Assembly (NCBI GenBank): GCA_965227515.1
Contig: CBDDFZ010000001.1
Location: 2,176,001 to 2,240,000, forward strand
From: Alphaproteobacteria bacterium
GTDB lineage: Bacteria; Pseudomonadota; Alphaproteobacteria; CALKHQ01
Length of the DNA stretch: 64,000 nucleotides
Direction of reading: 5' to 3'
Both the position numbers and the translations under genes were made by a program. The notes beneath the pieces are model-generated. The model had not been told where the DNA came from and did no database searches. It saw nothing but the letters and a program-made list of their open reading frames with translations. Positions 47,112 through 58,026 of this stretch are shown here, piece by piece; position 1 is the stretch's first letter; the number at the start of each line of letters is the position of its first letter.

Positions 47112-47855
47112 ATGTTCGACCCGGCGATGATGATCCTGATTGCCGCAACGTTCCTGCTGGCCGGGGCGGTCAAGGGCGTCATCGGCCTGGGCCTTCCATC
47201 GGTCAGCCTCGGCCTGCTGGCGGTGGCGCTGGACCTGACCACGGCGATGGCGCTGCTGATCGTGCCGTCGCTGGTGACCAACCTGGTCCAGGCGAGTGTC
47301 GGCGGCAAGGCCCGCGCGATCCTGAAGCGCATCTGGCCGTTCCTGGCGATGGCGACGGGCACGGTGTGGATCGGCGCGACCGCGCTGACCCGGGTCGATC
47401 TCGATCTCCTGTCCTGCCTGCTCGGCCTGCTGCTGATGGTTTACGCCGGCCTCAATTTAGGTGGCGTGAGGCTGACCATTCCGGCCAATCGGGAGGTCTG
47501 GGCGGGGCCGGTGTTCGGGGCCGCGAACGGCATCCTGACCGGGATGACCGGCTCGTTCGCGGTGCCGGGCGTGATGTTCCTGCAGGCCATCGGCCTGTCG
47601 CGCGACATGCTGGTCCAGGCCATGGGCATGCTGTTCACGGTATCGACGATCGCGCTCGCACTGGCGCTCCACACCAACAGCATCATGACCGCCGATCACA
47701 GCCTGGCGTCGGCGCTGGCACTGGTGCCGGCGCTCATCGGCATGTTCGCGGGCCAGGCGATCCGGCACCGGTTGACCGAGGCCCGCTTCCGGCGCGTGTT
47801 CTTTGTCGCGATCCTGGTCCTGGGCGCCTACATCGCGATCCGCGCAGTGCTCTAG
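47112..47855 (+). CDS. TauE/SafE (TSUP) family exporter
   Basis: AGAVKGVIGLGLP, PSLVTN, GILTGMTGS; about 8 TM segments. Confidence 0.87.
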   Translation: MFDPAMMILIAATFLLAGAVKGVIGLGLPSVSLGLLAVALDLTTAMALLIVPSLVTNLVQASVGGKARAILKRIWPFLAMATGTVWIGATALTRVDLDLLSCLLGLLLMVYAGLNLGGVRLTIPANREVWAGPVFGAANGILTGMTGSFAVPGVMFLQAIGLSRDMLVQAMGMLFTVSTIALALALHTNSIMTADHSLASALALVPALIGMFAGQAIRHRLTEARFRRVFFVAILVLGAYIAIRAVL

Positions 47856-47868
47856 GCGGGGCGGAGTC

Positions 47869-48426
47869 TTACAAGGCGGCCGACAGCAGCACCTGCGCCG
47901 CCGCCTTGGCGTCGCCCGCCGGATCGGCCTCATGGCCGAGATGGGCCGTCACGATGGCGCCTTCCTTCAGCAGCAACAGGGCGCGCGCCAGGGCGGCGGG
48001 GTCGTCGGCGCCGGCCTCGGACGCTATTTCGCGCACTTGCCGGAACAGCAGCCGCTTGTGCTCGGCGGACTGGGCGTGGATCGGGTGATCCGGATCGGGA
48101 AACTCCGACGATGCCTTGATGAACATGCACGACCGGAACTGCGGCTCCGCGAACCACTCCGCCAGCGCGTCGAACATCGCCAGCAACTGGTCTCGCGGCG
48201 GCCCGGCCTCAGCCATCCGGCCGAACATCCAGGTCCGGAAGTTCTCGTCGCGCAGCTTCAGCACCGCCAGGATCAGCTCCTCCTTGGTGCGGAAGTGATT
48301 GAACATCGTAGTCTTCGAGATGCCGGTCTCGGCCGCCAGCAGGTCCATGCCGGTGGCGTGAAACCCCTCCCGATAGAAGGTCGTGAGTGCCTTCTGTACC
48401 AGCTCGTCGCGTTTGCTCGGGCGCAT
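47869..48426 (-). CDS. TetR-family regulator (NemR/ComR-like)
   Basis: FYREGFHATGMD..ISKTTMFNHFRTKEELI HTH; RSCMFIKASSEF. Confidence 0.92.
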   Translation of the reverse strand: MRPSKRDELVQKALTTFYREGFHATGMDLLAAETGISKTTMFNHFRTKEELILAVLKLRDENFRTWMFGRMAEAGPPRDQLLAMFDALAEWFAEPQFRSCMFIKASSEFPDPDHPIHAQSAEHKRLLFRQVREIASEAGADDPAALARALLLLKEGAIVTAHLGHEADPAGDAKAAAQVLLSAAL

Positions 48427-48441
48427 GGTCCCTCCAAAGTG

Positions 48442-48616
48442 TACTGATCGGTATATGCACTCGCACGCGCCCCGCGGCAAGGGGGTGCATGAAAAATCAC
48501 AGAAAATCAGGGTGTTGGGGTGAGGGTGCCCGATTAATTTACCGATCGGTGCATTTTTCTATTGCGTAACTGAACAGATCGGTCTAGTTATCTGGCAACA
48601 AACTGAACAGAACGGT
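48442..48616. promoter_or_regulatory. Four TetR-operator-like palindromes (consensus ACCGATCGGT)
   Basis: ACTGATCGGT 48443, ACCGATCGGT 48541, ACAGATCGGT 48574, ACAGAACGGT 48607, all in the divergent promoter. Confidence 0.75.
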
Positions 48617-48634
48617 ACATATTGGAGTTGCGCG

Positions 48635-49099
48635 ATGAGCCGCCTGCCGCTGCCACCCTTCGATCCAGCCTCCGCCGTCGCCAAGGTGCGCGCGGCGGAG
48701 GACGCCTGGAACAGCCGCGACCCCGCCCTGGTTGCCGCCGCCTACACGCCGGATACGGCATGGCGGAATCGCATCGAGTTCCTGCGTGGCCGCGCCGAGG
48801 TCGAGGCGTTCCTGACCCGCAAGTGGCAGGCGGAGCTCGACTACCGGCTGATCAAGGAGCTGTGGACGTTCGGCGGCACGCGGATCGCGGTGCGCTTCGC
48901 CTACGAGGCGCGCAGGCCGAACGGCCAGTGGTTCCGCGCCTACGGCAACGAGAACTGGGAATTCGCCGCTGACGGGCTGATGGCCGCGCGCCGGGCCTCG
49001 ATCAACGACCTGCCGATCGCCGAGGGCGACCGCCTGTTCCACTGGCCGCTGGGTCCGCGGCCGCTCGACCACCCGGGCCTTTCCGACCTCGGGCTCTAG
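48635..49099 (+). CDS. DUF1348 / NTF2-like (SnoaL-like) protein
   Basis: [40 protein letters not shown]. Confidence 0.92.
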   Translation: MSRLPLPPFDPASAVAKVRAAEDAWNSRDPALVAAAYTPDTAWRNRIEFLRGRAEVEAFLTRKWQAELDYRLIKELWTFGGTRIAVRFAYEARRPNGQWFRAYGNENWEFAADGLMAARRASINDLPIAEGDRLFHWPLGPRPLDHPGLSDLGL

Positions 49100-49185
49100 G
49101 ACGTCCGGAGAGGCCGGACCGACTGTACCCAACCGCACCCAACCCCACCGGGCCACGTGTGCCCGCCAACACAGGAGACAGACCG

Positions 49186-50046
49186 ATGACCCGTTGCACT
49201 CACCACCACCACCATGAACACGCCGACCATGCCGAGGGCGTCGGCCGGCGGGGCTTCCTGACCGCCGGTGCGGCCGGCATGGCGGCCGGGGCCGCGGCCA
49301 CCGCGGTCGGTCTTGCAGGGCGTAGTGCCGAGGCGGCGGGCCTGGAAGCCTATGCCGAGCCGGCCAACCCGGCGCTGCCGCCGGCGACGATGGAACTGGA
49401 GAAGGGCCGCGCAGCGCTGCTGGTGGTCGACCCGCAGATCGATTTCCTCAGCCCCGATGGCGTGGCGTGGGACGTGGTCAGCGAGAGCGTCACCGAGCAC
49501 AACGTGGTGGCCAATCTCGGCCGGCTGTTCGCCGCCGCCAAGGCCGCCGACATGCCGGTGGTGATCTCGCCCCACTACTACTATCCGCACGATCACGGTT
49601 GGGCGTTCGAGGGCGCGCTGGAGAAGGTGATGCACGCCATCGGCATGTTCGACCGTCCGGGGCCGTTGGACACCGCTGGGCTGGAGGGCTCGGGCGCCGA
49701 CTTCATGCCCGAGTACAAGGACCACATCTTCGACGGCCGCACCATCATCGCCTCGCCGCACAAGATCTATGGGCCGGAACAGAATGACGCGGGCTTGCAG
49801 TTGCGCAAGCTCAGGGTCGACCAGATCGTGCTGGCCGGCATGTCCGCCAACCTCTGCGTCGAGGCGCATATGCGCGAGTTCATCGAGCAGGGATTCGAGG
49901 TGGCCGTGGTGCGCGACGCCACCGCGGGCGCCAAGGTGCCGGAGGGCGACGGCTACCTCGCCGCCCTGATCAACTTCCGCATGATGGCGAACGCCGTGTG
50001 GGCCACAGACGAGGCGGTGGCACGGATGGCCTCGCTCACCGGCTGA
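49186..50046 (+). CDS. Tat-exported cysteine hydrolase (isochorismatase family)
   Basis: GRRGFL Tat motif after a His-rich N-terminus; triad VDPQIDF (D), HKIYG (K), ANLCVE (C); AGGAG RBS. Confidence 0.88.
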   Translation: MTRCTHHHHHEHADHAEGVGRRGFLTAGAAGMAAGAAATAVGLAGRSAEAAGLEAYAEPANPALPPATMELEKGRAALLVVDPQIDFLSPDGVAWDVVSESVTEHNVVANLGRLFAAAKAADMPVVISPHYYYPHDHGWAFEGALEKVMHAIGMFDRPGPLDTAGLEGSGADFMPEYKDHIFDGRTIIASPHKIYGPEQNDAGLQLRKLRVDQIVLAGMSANLCVEAHMREFIEQGFEVAVVRDATAGAKVPEGDGYLAALINFRMMANAVWATDEAVARMASLTG

Positions 50047-50250
50047 CCCTCGCAACCCATCCCGACATTGGCTCGGCCGCGTCTTGGCCGGGCCCCCGGT
50101 TCGGGCGCGCAATAGGTCACTGAGGTGGCGCGTGTCCCGAAACCGCCGGCTAGCCCGGCGAACCCTCCCGCTCGCCTGCTGGCCGGCGGAATCCACCAAA
50201 CCTGCCTGCTGGTTAGAGACCCGTGGGCGCATCGGAAAAGGACCATCGAG

Positions 50251-50778
50251 ATGAAGACCATCAGCAAACTGATCGCCGCCACGGCCGTCGCCTCCGCCGC
50301 CATTGCCGGGGCCGCCGCCTTCGCCTCCACCGGATTCGCGGACGACGAGTACAACGTGTCGACCGGCACCACGCTGAGCGGCGCCGGTGTCGCGCTGCGC
50401 GGCAGCGACGTCGTGGCGCTTGCCACCGGCCTGGAGGTGACCGACGGCGATGCCGCCTACACCTATGAGCTCGACGGCGTCGCCTACTACTTCGCGAGCG
50501 CGGAGACGATGGCGCAGTTCGCCGAGAACCCGCCTGCCTACATGCCCCAGTACGGCGGGTTCTGCGCCTTCGGTGTCGCCATCGGCATGAAGCTGGATGC
50601 CGACCCGCACTACGCCGACATCGTCGACGGCAAGCTCTACGTGTTCCTGAATGCGGTCGCGTTCCAGAAGTACCTGGACGACAAGGCGGGCACCCTTGCC
50701 CTGGCCGAGCAGAACTGGCCCGCGATGCAGCATGTCGCGGTGCCTGAAGTCAACGGCCTGACCGAGGTCGGCGGCTGA
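50251..50778 (+). CDS. Secreted YHS-domain protein
   Basis: Signal peptide; YYFASAE..F..NP..YMPQYGGFCAFGV; IVDGKLY. Confidence 0.85.
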   Translation: MKTISKLIAATAVASAAIAGAAAFASTGFADDEYNVSTGTTLSGAGVALRGSDVVALATGLEVTDGDAAYTYELDGVAYYFASAETMAQFAENPPAYMPQYGGFCAFGVAIGMKLDADPHYADIVDGKLYVFLNAVAFQKYLDDKAGTLALAEQNWPAMQHVAVPEVNGLTEVGG

Positions 50779-50807
50779 GCCCTGTGCGGATGAATGTTTG
50801 CGACAAG

Positions 50808-50838
50808 ACGCTGGCGGGGGCCGTGCTTCCGTCAGCGT
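50808..50838. terminator. Hairpin between convergent genes
   Basis: ACGCTGGCGGGGGC-CGT-GCTTCCGTCAGCGT. Confidence 0.45.
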
Positions 50839-50871
50839 TGAGTTTGCTGCAAGCCGCCCAACTGCCTCTGG

Positions 50872-51795
50872 CTAAGTGGCTGCCACCACGTCGAAGCCGG
50901 CGCGCGGGAAGTGGATATTCACCTCGCCGACACGGGGGTGGGCGCAGCGGATCACCAGGTTCCGCGCATTCGCCGTCAACAGGGTTCCCCGCACGGGGTC
51001 GCGGCCGGTGTCGTCGGGCGTGACCGTGACCTCGGTGCCGAGGCTGAGGCCGGACGGGTCGCTGTCGGCCGGGTGGGCGGGCATCTCCGGCTGGGTGTCG
51101 TGGGCGATGGCAATCGCCTGCTCGGCGCTCATCTCCTCCGGCTTGCCGTGGCCAAGTGCGGTGACCCGCGCATACCACTCGTTGAGCGGCGCCACCGGCA
51201 GCTTGGCTTCGGCTTCGGGGCCGCCCTGTGTCTTCAACAGCCACAGGTCGCAATAGGCTGCCAGGTCGGCCGCACTCGGCGCCTTGCCGAGCAGGAAGGG
51301 CCGCCCGTCCGCCAGCATGGTCGCGAGCCAGTCCAGATGGGCCGCGCCCTGCTGCAAGTGGCGATGCAGCACGGGGGCCACGTCCTCGGCCGCCAGTGGA
51401 AAGCCGAAGGCCTTGCGCTCGGCCACGAACTCGGGCGGGATCTTGTGGCCGATGGTGTCGGCGACGACGCCCAGCGCCGGCCCGAAAATGAACCGGTCCG
51501 CCCACCAGGCCAGCGCCAGCGCGATGCCCTCGTTCCCGTCCGGGTACAGGCTGGGCTTGGGGTGCAGCTCCTCGATCACCCGCAGGATCAGCAGCGTGTC
51601 GCAGAAGATGTCGGCGCCGATCTGGAGGACGGGAGTGCGCCGGTAGCCGCCGGTCAGCGGCAGCAGGTCCGGCTTCGGCATCGCCGGCGGAATGTCGACG
51701 GAGCGATATTTCAGACCCTTCAGGCCGAACGCGAGGCGCACCCGTTCCGAATAGGTCGAGATCGCGTAGTGGTGCAGGATGATTTCAGGGGTCAT
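50872..51795 (-). CDS. Glutathione S-transferase-family protein
   Basis: ILHHY..STYSERVRL, PKPDL..LTGGYRRTPVLQIGADIFCDT, HFPRAGF. Confidence 0.9.
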   Translation of the reverse strand: MTPEIILHHYAISTYSERVRLAFGLKGLKYRSVDIPPAMPKPDLLPLTGGYRRTPVLQIGADIFCDTLLILRVIEELHPKPSLYPDGNEGIALALAWWADRFIFGPALGVVADTIGHKIPPEFVAERKAFGFPLAAEDVAPVLHRHLQQGAAHLDWLATMLADGRPFLLGKAPSAADLAAYCDLWLLKTQGGPEAEAKLPVAPLNEWYARVTALGHGKPEEMSAEQAIAIAHDTQPEMPAHPADSDPSGLSLGTEVTVTPDDTGRDPVRGTLLTANARNLVIRCAHPRVGEVNIHFPRAGFDVVAAT

Positions 51796-51889
51796 GCCGC
51801 CGCTCCGTTGCCGCCAAACCATGCCAATCTTGCCAGGGGATGGCGTCCAGCGCGAACCCGACAGGCGTCCCTAGCCATCGAATGCATCA

Positions 51890-52768
51890 TCAGCCGGTCA
51901 ACACAGGCCGCAATGCGTCCATTTGCGCGCCTACGAATTTGAAAAAGGCGTCGACCCGACGAAGATATCGGGCGTCAGGGTGGCAAAGAACACGCCAGAC
52001 GCGGGTCAGTTCGGGGACAGGCGGCAGGATTTGGACAAGGTCGGGCTCGCCATCGCCAAGCGGCAGCGGCAGGGCGGCGATGCCAACGCCCGACTTCACG
52101 GCGGAGACGAGGCCCAGAACGCTGTTGCTGCGCGCGGTTATGCGGGCGTTCGGCGCGACCTCGCGTAGCCAGATCGACAGCCGGTGACTGTCGCTTTCGA
52201 ATGCGACCACGGAATGCTGATCGATCTCGTCGATCGAGGTCGGCGCGCCGTGCTGTCTCACATAGCCGGCGCTGGCGTAGACCGCCCAGATCGAATCCGC
52301 GATCGTGCGCCCGACAAGGACTCCGTCGGTGTCGCCGGAGCGAAACGCCACGTCGGCCTCGCCCCTTGCAAGATCGACATAGCGATCGGCAAGGACGAAC
52401 TCGATGCCCAGATCGGGATGCTTGCCTTGGAACCGATCGAGGAAGCCCGATTGCGCCAGCCGATTGGCGATGGGTTCAGGGCAGGTAAGCCGCAGGATGC
52501 CCTCGTGCGCGGCTTCCGCGCAGCGCCGCTCGAACATCTCGATCGCGCCCGCCACGTTCTCCACCGACGCGAGCACAGCATTGCCGGCCGGTGTGAGCCG
52601 GTAGCCGCTCGGCAACCGCTCCACCAAACGGAGCTTCAAGTCGGCCTCCAGATCGACCAGACGCCGCTGAACCGTCGACTGGTTCACGTGGAGCGCGCGG
52701 GCGGCGGCAAGCGTGCTGCCGTTCCGGGCCACCGCCAGAAAATACTTCAGATCGTTCCAGTCGAGCAT
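51890..52768 (-). CDS. LysR-family regulator
   Basis: DWNDLKYFLAVARNGSTLAAARALHVNQSTVQRR; DLARGEADVAFR. Confidence 0.93.
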   Translation of the reverse strand: MLDWNDLKYFLAVARNGSTLAAARALHVNQSTVQRRLVDLEADLKLRLVERLPSGYRLTPAGNAVLASVENVAGAIEMFERRCAEAAHEGILRLTCPEPIANRLAQSGFLDRFQGKHPDLGIEFVLADRYVDLARGEADVAFRSGDTDGVLVGRTIADSIWAVYASAGYVRQHGAPTSIDEIDQHSVVAFESDSHRLSIWLREVAPNARITARSNSVLGLVSAVKSGVGIAALPLPLGDGEPDLVQILPPVPELTRVWRVLCHPDARYLRRVDAFFKFVGAQMDALRPVLTG

Positions 52769-53019
52769 TGTTCGCCGAACCGCCCAAGGACGCGAGACGC
52801 AGGACTATGCAGCTTCGCGGGGGCCTTCCGCAATATTGCCGAGTGCCGCGACAACTCGGCCTCGGCATACATTATTTCGGACGATCGGTAGGACGGGCGA
52901 GGCCAAGCGGTTCGCCGGTTGTCGAAGCCAAACTCAACCCAGGTGGAAGCCGGTTGCAGGCATGCCGCGCACCAGCGCGACACCGCCCCTCGGCTGTCCA
53001 GAACGCAGGAAGGTGCCTG

Positions 53020-53388
53020 ATGAGGGTTATGCGGTTATCGGCCATGTGGGCGGGTGCTGCGGTTGCGGCGGCCGTGCTGACATCGGCGGTTCATGCCGAG
53101 GATCCGGCGGTGACCGATCCGGACTTCTACAAGGTCATCTTCGAGAACGATCGCGTGCGCGTGCTGGAATACCAGGACGGGCCCGGCGACAAGACCAGCA
53201 TGCATGACCACCCCGCCTTCCTGGTCTACGCGCTGAGCGCCTTCGAGCGTCGCCTGACGCTGCCGGACGGCACGGAGCTGAACCGCTCGTTCACCCCCGG
53301 CCAAGTGCTGTTTTCCGAGGCGCAAACCCACGCGGGCGAGAACGTCGGGACCACGCCCACGCATATCATCATGGTGGAGCTGAAATAG
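53020..53388 (+). CDS. Small secreted cupin-fold protein
   Basis: Signal peptide; FENDRVRVLEY..PGDKTSMHDHP...QTHAGENVG. Confidence 0.78.
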   Translation: MRVMRLSAMWAGAAVAAAVLTSAVHAEDPAVTDPDFYKVIFENDRVRVLEYQDGPGDKTSMHDHPAFLVYALSAFERRLTLPDGTELNRSFTPGQVLFSEAQTHAGENVGTTPTHIIMVELK

Positions 53389-53505
53389 ATGCACATGGCC
53401 GCCCCGCTGCCCCCAACAGGGGCGATAGCGGGCATTCCCGACAGGACTGCGCTTCATCGGGTGCGCAAGGTTCATTTCGTTCAATCTGTTACGAAACTGG
53501 GAGTA

Positions 53506-53982
53506 ATGATAGTGCGCAAGTTAGCTGCCAATATCGCGATCGCGAGTGTCGCGACAACGCTCGCGGTGGGCACGGCCGCAGCGGCCGGCCCGACGGATGT
53601 CAGGGTCCTCACTGACGCCCCCTACTACGATGTCGCGTCCATGCAAGGTATGCGTCTTGGAACGCTGGAGGCGGGGCGTGTGGTCGCCATCTGGGACTGT
53701 CCCTCCGGCTGGTGCCAGATTTCGGGAGGCTATGTCCGCGCCGAGTATCTCGATCTCGCCGCGTTGCCGGACGGTGATCCCCGAAATCCCGGCAATGCGG
53801 GCGGCGGCGGGTTCCGCAATGTCACCGTGAACGGCGACGTGGATCTCTACGACCAGCCGGGCGGCAACGGCAATATTGTCGGCATGCTCGCAATGGGCCA
53901 GACGATCGGAATGGGGCAATGCATCGATGGCTGGTGCCAGGTCACCGGCGGCTGGGTCTGGGGAGAATTCCTGGACCAGTGA
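53506..53982 (+). CDS. Secreted protein with two bacterial SH3-like domains
   Basis: Two repeats ending C..GWCQ(I/V).GG(Y/W)V..E(Y/F)L; signal peptide. Confidence 0.75.
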   Translation: MIVRKLAANIAIASVATTLAVGTAAAAGPTDVRVLTDAPYYDVASMQGMRLGTLEAGRVVAIWDCPSGWCQISGGYVRAEYLDLAALPDGDPRNPGNAGGGGFRNVTVNGDVDLYDQPGGNGNIVGMLAMGQTIGMGQCIDGWCQVTGGWVWGEFLDQ

Positions 53983-54092
53983 CCCAAGATTCGGATCTCC
54001 CTTCTGGGGCCCTTCCGACGGATTGATGTTTCCTCGGCAAGCCGGGCGCATCCGATGGCCGAGGCGCCTGAGAAACGCGGGCTGGAACCTTG

Positions 54093-54129
54093 GGGTGGTG
54101 ACATCGCCTGCTGGGCGACGTCACCACCC
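54093..54129. terminator. Long hairpin between convergent genes
   Basis: GGGTGGTGACATCGCC-TGCTG-GGCGACGTCACCACCC. Confidence 0.6.
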
Positions 54130-54131
54130 GC

Positions 54132-54893
<762 letters not shown>

Positions 54894-54894
54894 G

Positions 54895-55890
54895 TCAGCG
54901 ACCCTCCTGATGGCGGCGGTCGAGCCAGGAATGCAGGGCCATCATGCCCAGGATGATGGCGCCGATGAAGATGTTGTAGGCCAGCCCCGGCACGCCGATC
55001 AGCACGATGCCGTTGCGCGCCAGCCGCAGGATCAGGATGCCGATGACGGTGCCGATGATGGTGCCGCGCCCGCCGGTGAGCGCCGTGCCGCCGATCACCA
55101 CCATGGCGATCACCTCAAGCTCGTAGGTGGTGCCGCTGTTGGGGTTGGCGGCCGAGGTGCGGATCGAGCTGATGATGCCGGCGAAGCCCGCCATCGTCGA
55201 CGACACGATGAACAGGATCATCTTGGTCAGCCGCACGTTCACGCCGCGTGCGCGGGCCGCGTTCGGGTTGCCGCCCGACGCCTGAATCCAGTTGCCGAAC
55301 TTGGTCTGGGTCAGGATGTAGCCGAACACAACCGCGGCCAGGATGAACCAGAACAGCGACATGTAGATGCGCAGGTCGCCGATATAGAAGTCGCCGACCA
55401 GTACTTGTGCCAGCCACAGGTCGCCGGCATCCCAGGTGCGCTGCGGAAAGCCATCGGTGACGTAGAGGGCGGTGCCGCGCACCACCAGCAGCATGCCGAG
55501 TGTCACCAGGAACGAGGGTATTTTCAGCCGGGTCACGAACAGGCCGCTGATCAGCCCGAAGCAGGCGGCGACCAGCAGGCTTGCGAGGAACGCGAGCTCG
55601 ATGCCGACCACGCCCTCGTTGAACAGCGTCCACATCAGCACGGGCGTGAAGCCGAATACCGAGCCGACCGAGAGGTCGAACTCGCCAGATGTCATCAGCA
55701 GCGTCATCGCCAGCGCGATCAGCCCCAACTCCACCGTGAAGACCAGCAGGTTGGAGATGTTGCGGATCGACAGGTAGGTCGGGTTGATCGAATAGAAGAC
55801 GACGATCATCACCACCAGCAGGACGAACGGCCCGAACTCCGGCTTGGCGACGATGCGCTTAATGAAGTCGATGATGTTGGACGCGGGCAT
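54895..55890 (-). CDS. Sugar ABC transporter permease (CUT2)
   Basis: GEFDLSVGS, IPSFLVTLG, GGNPNAARARG, ELEVIAMVVIGGT. Confidence 0.93.
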   Translation of the reverse strand: MPASNIIDFIKRIVAKPEFGPFVLLVVMIVVFYSINPTYLSIRNISNLLVFTVELGLIALAMTLLMTSGEFDLSVGSVFGFTPVLMWTLFNEGVVGIELAFLASLLVAACFGLISGLFVTRLKIPSFLVTLGMLLVVRGTALYVTDGFPQRTWDAGDLWLAQVLVGDFYIGDLRIYMSLFWFILAAVVFGYILTQTKFGNWIQASGGNPNAARARGVNVRLTKMILFIVSSTMAGFAGIISSIRTSAANPNSGTTYELEVIAMVVIGGTALTGGRGTIIGTVIGILILRLARNGIVLIGVPGLAYNIFIGAIILGMMALHSWLDRRHQEGR

Positions 55891-55937
55891 GATGGGCGCG
55901 GGGCTCGGCGATAGGGCGCGGTGGCGCGTAGGCGGTG

Positions 55938-55963
55938 CCGGCGGCGGCCGAAACCGCCGCCGG
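55938..55963 (-). other. Intercistronic GC stem-loop between SBP and permease
   Basis: CCGGCGGCGG-CCGAAA-CCGCCGCCGG. Confidence 0.55.
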
Positions 55964-55980
55964 GTCTTGGGCTATTCGGC

Positions 55981-56919
55981 TCAGTTGCCCGACAGGATGT
56001 CGTCGTAGATCTGAGCCGTGGAGGCGTCGTAGAGCGCGCCGGTATAGACATCGAAGCCGGCCGGAATGCCGTTCACTTCCATCGCCGCCAACGACAGGGC
56101 GACGTAGCTGGTGGCGTGCGGGTCCTGCCACATGGCGGCGTTGACGTAGCCGTTCAGCACCTCTTGCGTGGTGTCGAGCGAGTTGCCCCAGCCGACCACC
56201 GGAATGTCGCCGGCCGCGAAGCCGGCCTGGTCGAACACGCGCGCGATGCTGCCGGTAACCAGGTCGCCGAGCCCGATGATCGCGTCGACATTGTCGCCAT
56301 TGGCGACCAGGTAGTCGGTCATGCGGGTGATGACCTCGGCCTGGTCCAGGGTGGCGTCGGTCACCTCCCAGGTGATGCCCATCGGCTCGAAGACGGTGGC
56401 GATGCCTTCTTCTTCCTGCACGCCGTAGGTGGCGCCCGGAACCTCAACCGGCATCCAGACGAAGTCGCCTGCCTCGACATGGCCGTTGTCGACCAGGTAC
56501 TGCGCCCAGCGCCTGCCGGTGTCGACAAGGTCCATGCCGACATAGGCGTCGAAATTGGCGCTCGGGTCGGGCGTGTTCATGTTGATGATCGGGATGCCGG
56601 CTTCCTGCGCCTCGGCCACCACTTCTACCAGGCTGCCCGGGTCGGGGCTGGAGCTGACGATGCCGTCTGCACCCGCCGCGATCGCGGCACGCACCGCTTC
56701 CTGGTGGGACGCGACGTCGCCGCTGTGGAACGAGGTATTGACCGTGTTGCCCGTATCTTCCGCCCACATCTCGGCGCCGGCGAGGAAATAGGTCCAGACC
56801 GGGTCGGCCGGGCCGCCATGGGAAATCCAATAGAAGGTGCGGGCCTCTTGCGCCATCGCCGGCGCGGCCACGGCCGATGCGGCAAGCACCGCTGCGGCGG
56901 CAACCGTTCTCTTGATCAT
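55981..56919 (-). CDS. Sugar ABC transporter substrate-binding protein
   Basis: Signal peptide; ISHGGPADPVW, AGIPIINMN, AYVGMD, WQDP; GAGG RBS. Confidence 0.9.
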   Translation of the reverse strand: MIKRTVAAAAVLAASAVAAPAMAQEARTFYWISHGGPADPVWTYFLAGAEMWAEDTGNTVNTSFHSGDVASHQEAVRAAIAAGADGIVSSSPDPGSLVEVVAEAQEAGIPIINMNTPDPSANFDAYVGMDLVDTGRRWAQYLVDNGHVEAGDFVWMPVEVPGATYGVQEEEGIATVFEPMGITWEVTDATLDQAEVITRMTDYLVANGDNVDAIIGLGDLVTGSIARVFDQAGFAAGDIPVVGWGNSLDTTQEVLNGYVNAAMWQDPHATSYVALSLAAMEVNGIPAGFDVYTGALYDASTAQIYDDILSGN

Positions 56920-57159
56920 GTCTGCTTCCTCCCTCCTCGTGTCGAGGTTGTTTCGCGACAGCTTTTCACCTGTCGGCGGCCACACTAGCGCTAAACTGCG
57001 CGCGGCGCACGCCGATGCTTGGCGTCGCTTTCGGCGATGGGGAGGTAAACGTTGTCAGATGTGCGTGGCTTCGTGCCGGATGCCCCCGTTGGCTGCCGCC
57101 GAGGGGCATGCCGTTTTGGTCGCGCTTGATGCCGACTGCCTTGATGCCAACAATAGGGG

Positions 57160-58026
57160 ATGGCGATGACCGGATCTGAACGCGCGTGCGCCATCGTGAC
57201 CGGCGGCAATGGTGGCATCGGTTATGCGACCGCCGAGGCGCTGATCGCGCGCGACTGGCAGGTGGTGATCACCGGGCGGAACGAAACGGCGCTCGCGGAC
57301 GCGGCGGCAAGGCTCGGCGGCGGCACCGCATGGCGGGTCGGCGACTTCGCCTCGCTGGAAGCGGTGCGCGGGCTCGCCGCCGAACTGGTGCGACTGCCGC
57401 GCATCGACGCGCTGGTCAACAATGCCGGCATCGCGCTGACCGAGCGGCGGGTCACCGGTGACGGCAACGAGATGGTGATGCAGGTCAACCACCTGGCGCC
57501 CTTCCTGCTGACCACTCTCATGCTCGACAAGCTGAGGGCCTGTGCGCCGGTGCGGGTGTTCAACGTCGCCTCGCGCATGCACATGGTGGCGCGCACCGCC
57601 TATCTGGACGACATCCAGTTCGAACGCGGCTACAGCACCGCGCGCAGCTATGGCCGCTCCAAGCTCTACAACATCCTGTTTTCGCGCGAGCTGGCGCGGC
57701 GGATGGAGGGAACGGGGGTCACGGTCAACGCGGTCCATCCCGGCGGCATTCGCAGCTCCATCGGCGCCGATGGCGACATGAGGGGGTTCACCGGCTGGCT
57801 CTACCGGCTGATGAACCGGCGCTCGGCGCCGGCGTCGCGGGCCGGCAACATGATCGCGGACCTGGTCACCGCGCCGGAGCACGCCGCCACTACCGGCCGG
57901 TATTTCGGCAGCGATGGCCAGCTCTCGCAGACCAGCGCGCTGGCCGCCGATGACGACACCGCAGCCCGGCTGTGGCAGATCAGCGAACGACTGGTCGGCA
58001 CGACCGCACCATTGGAAAATCCATGA
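57160..58026 (+). CDS. SDR oxidoreductase (retinol-dehydrogenase-like)
   Basis: TGGNGGIG, NNAG, VNHLAPF, YGRSK, HPG. Confidence 0.92.
   Translation: MAMTGSERACAIVTGGNGGIGYATAEALIARDWQVVITGRNETALADAAARLGGGTAWRVGDFASLEAVRGLAAELVRLPRIDALVNNAGIALTERRVTGDGNEMVMQVNHLAPFLLTTLMLDKLRACAPVRVFNVASRMHMVARTAYLDDIQFERGYSTARSYGRSKLYNILFSRELARRMEGTGVTVNAVHPGGIRSSIGADGDMRGFTGWLYRLMNRRSAPASRAGNMIADLVTAPEHAATTGRYFGSDGQLSQTSALAADDDTAARLWQISERLVGTTAPLENP

Noticed and set aside
46090-47148. 352-aa minus-strand ORF reading into the AT-rich leader
   Set aside because: Alternate frame of the GST gene; Arg/Gly-rich with no motif.
50251-50778. Selenoprotein form of the YHS protein
   Set aside because: The motif residue in GGFCAFG is TGC (Cys); there is no in-frame TGA.
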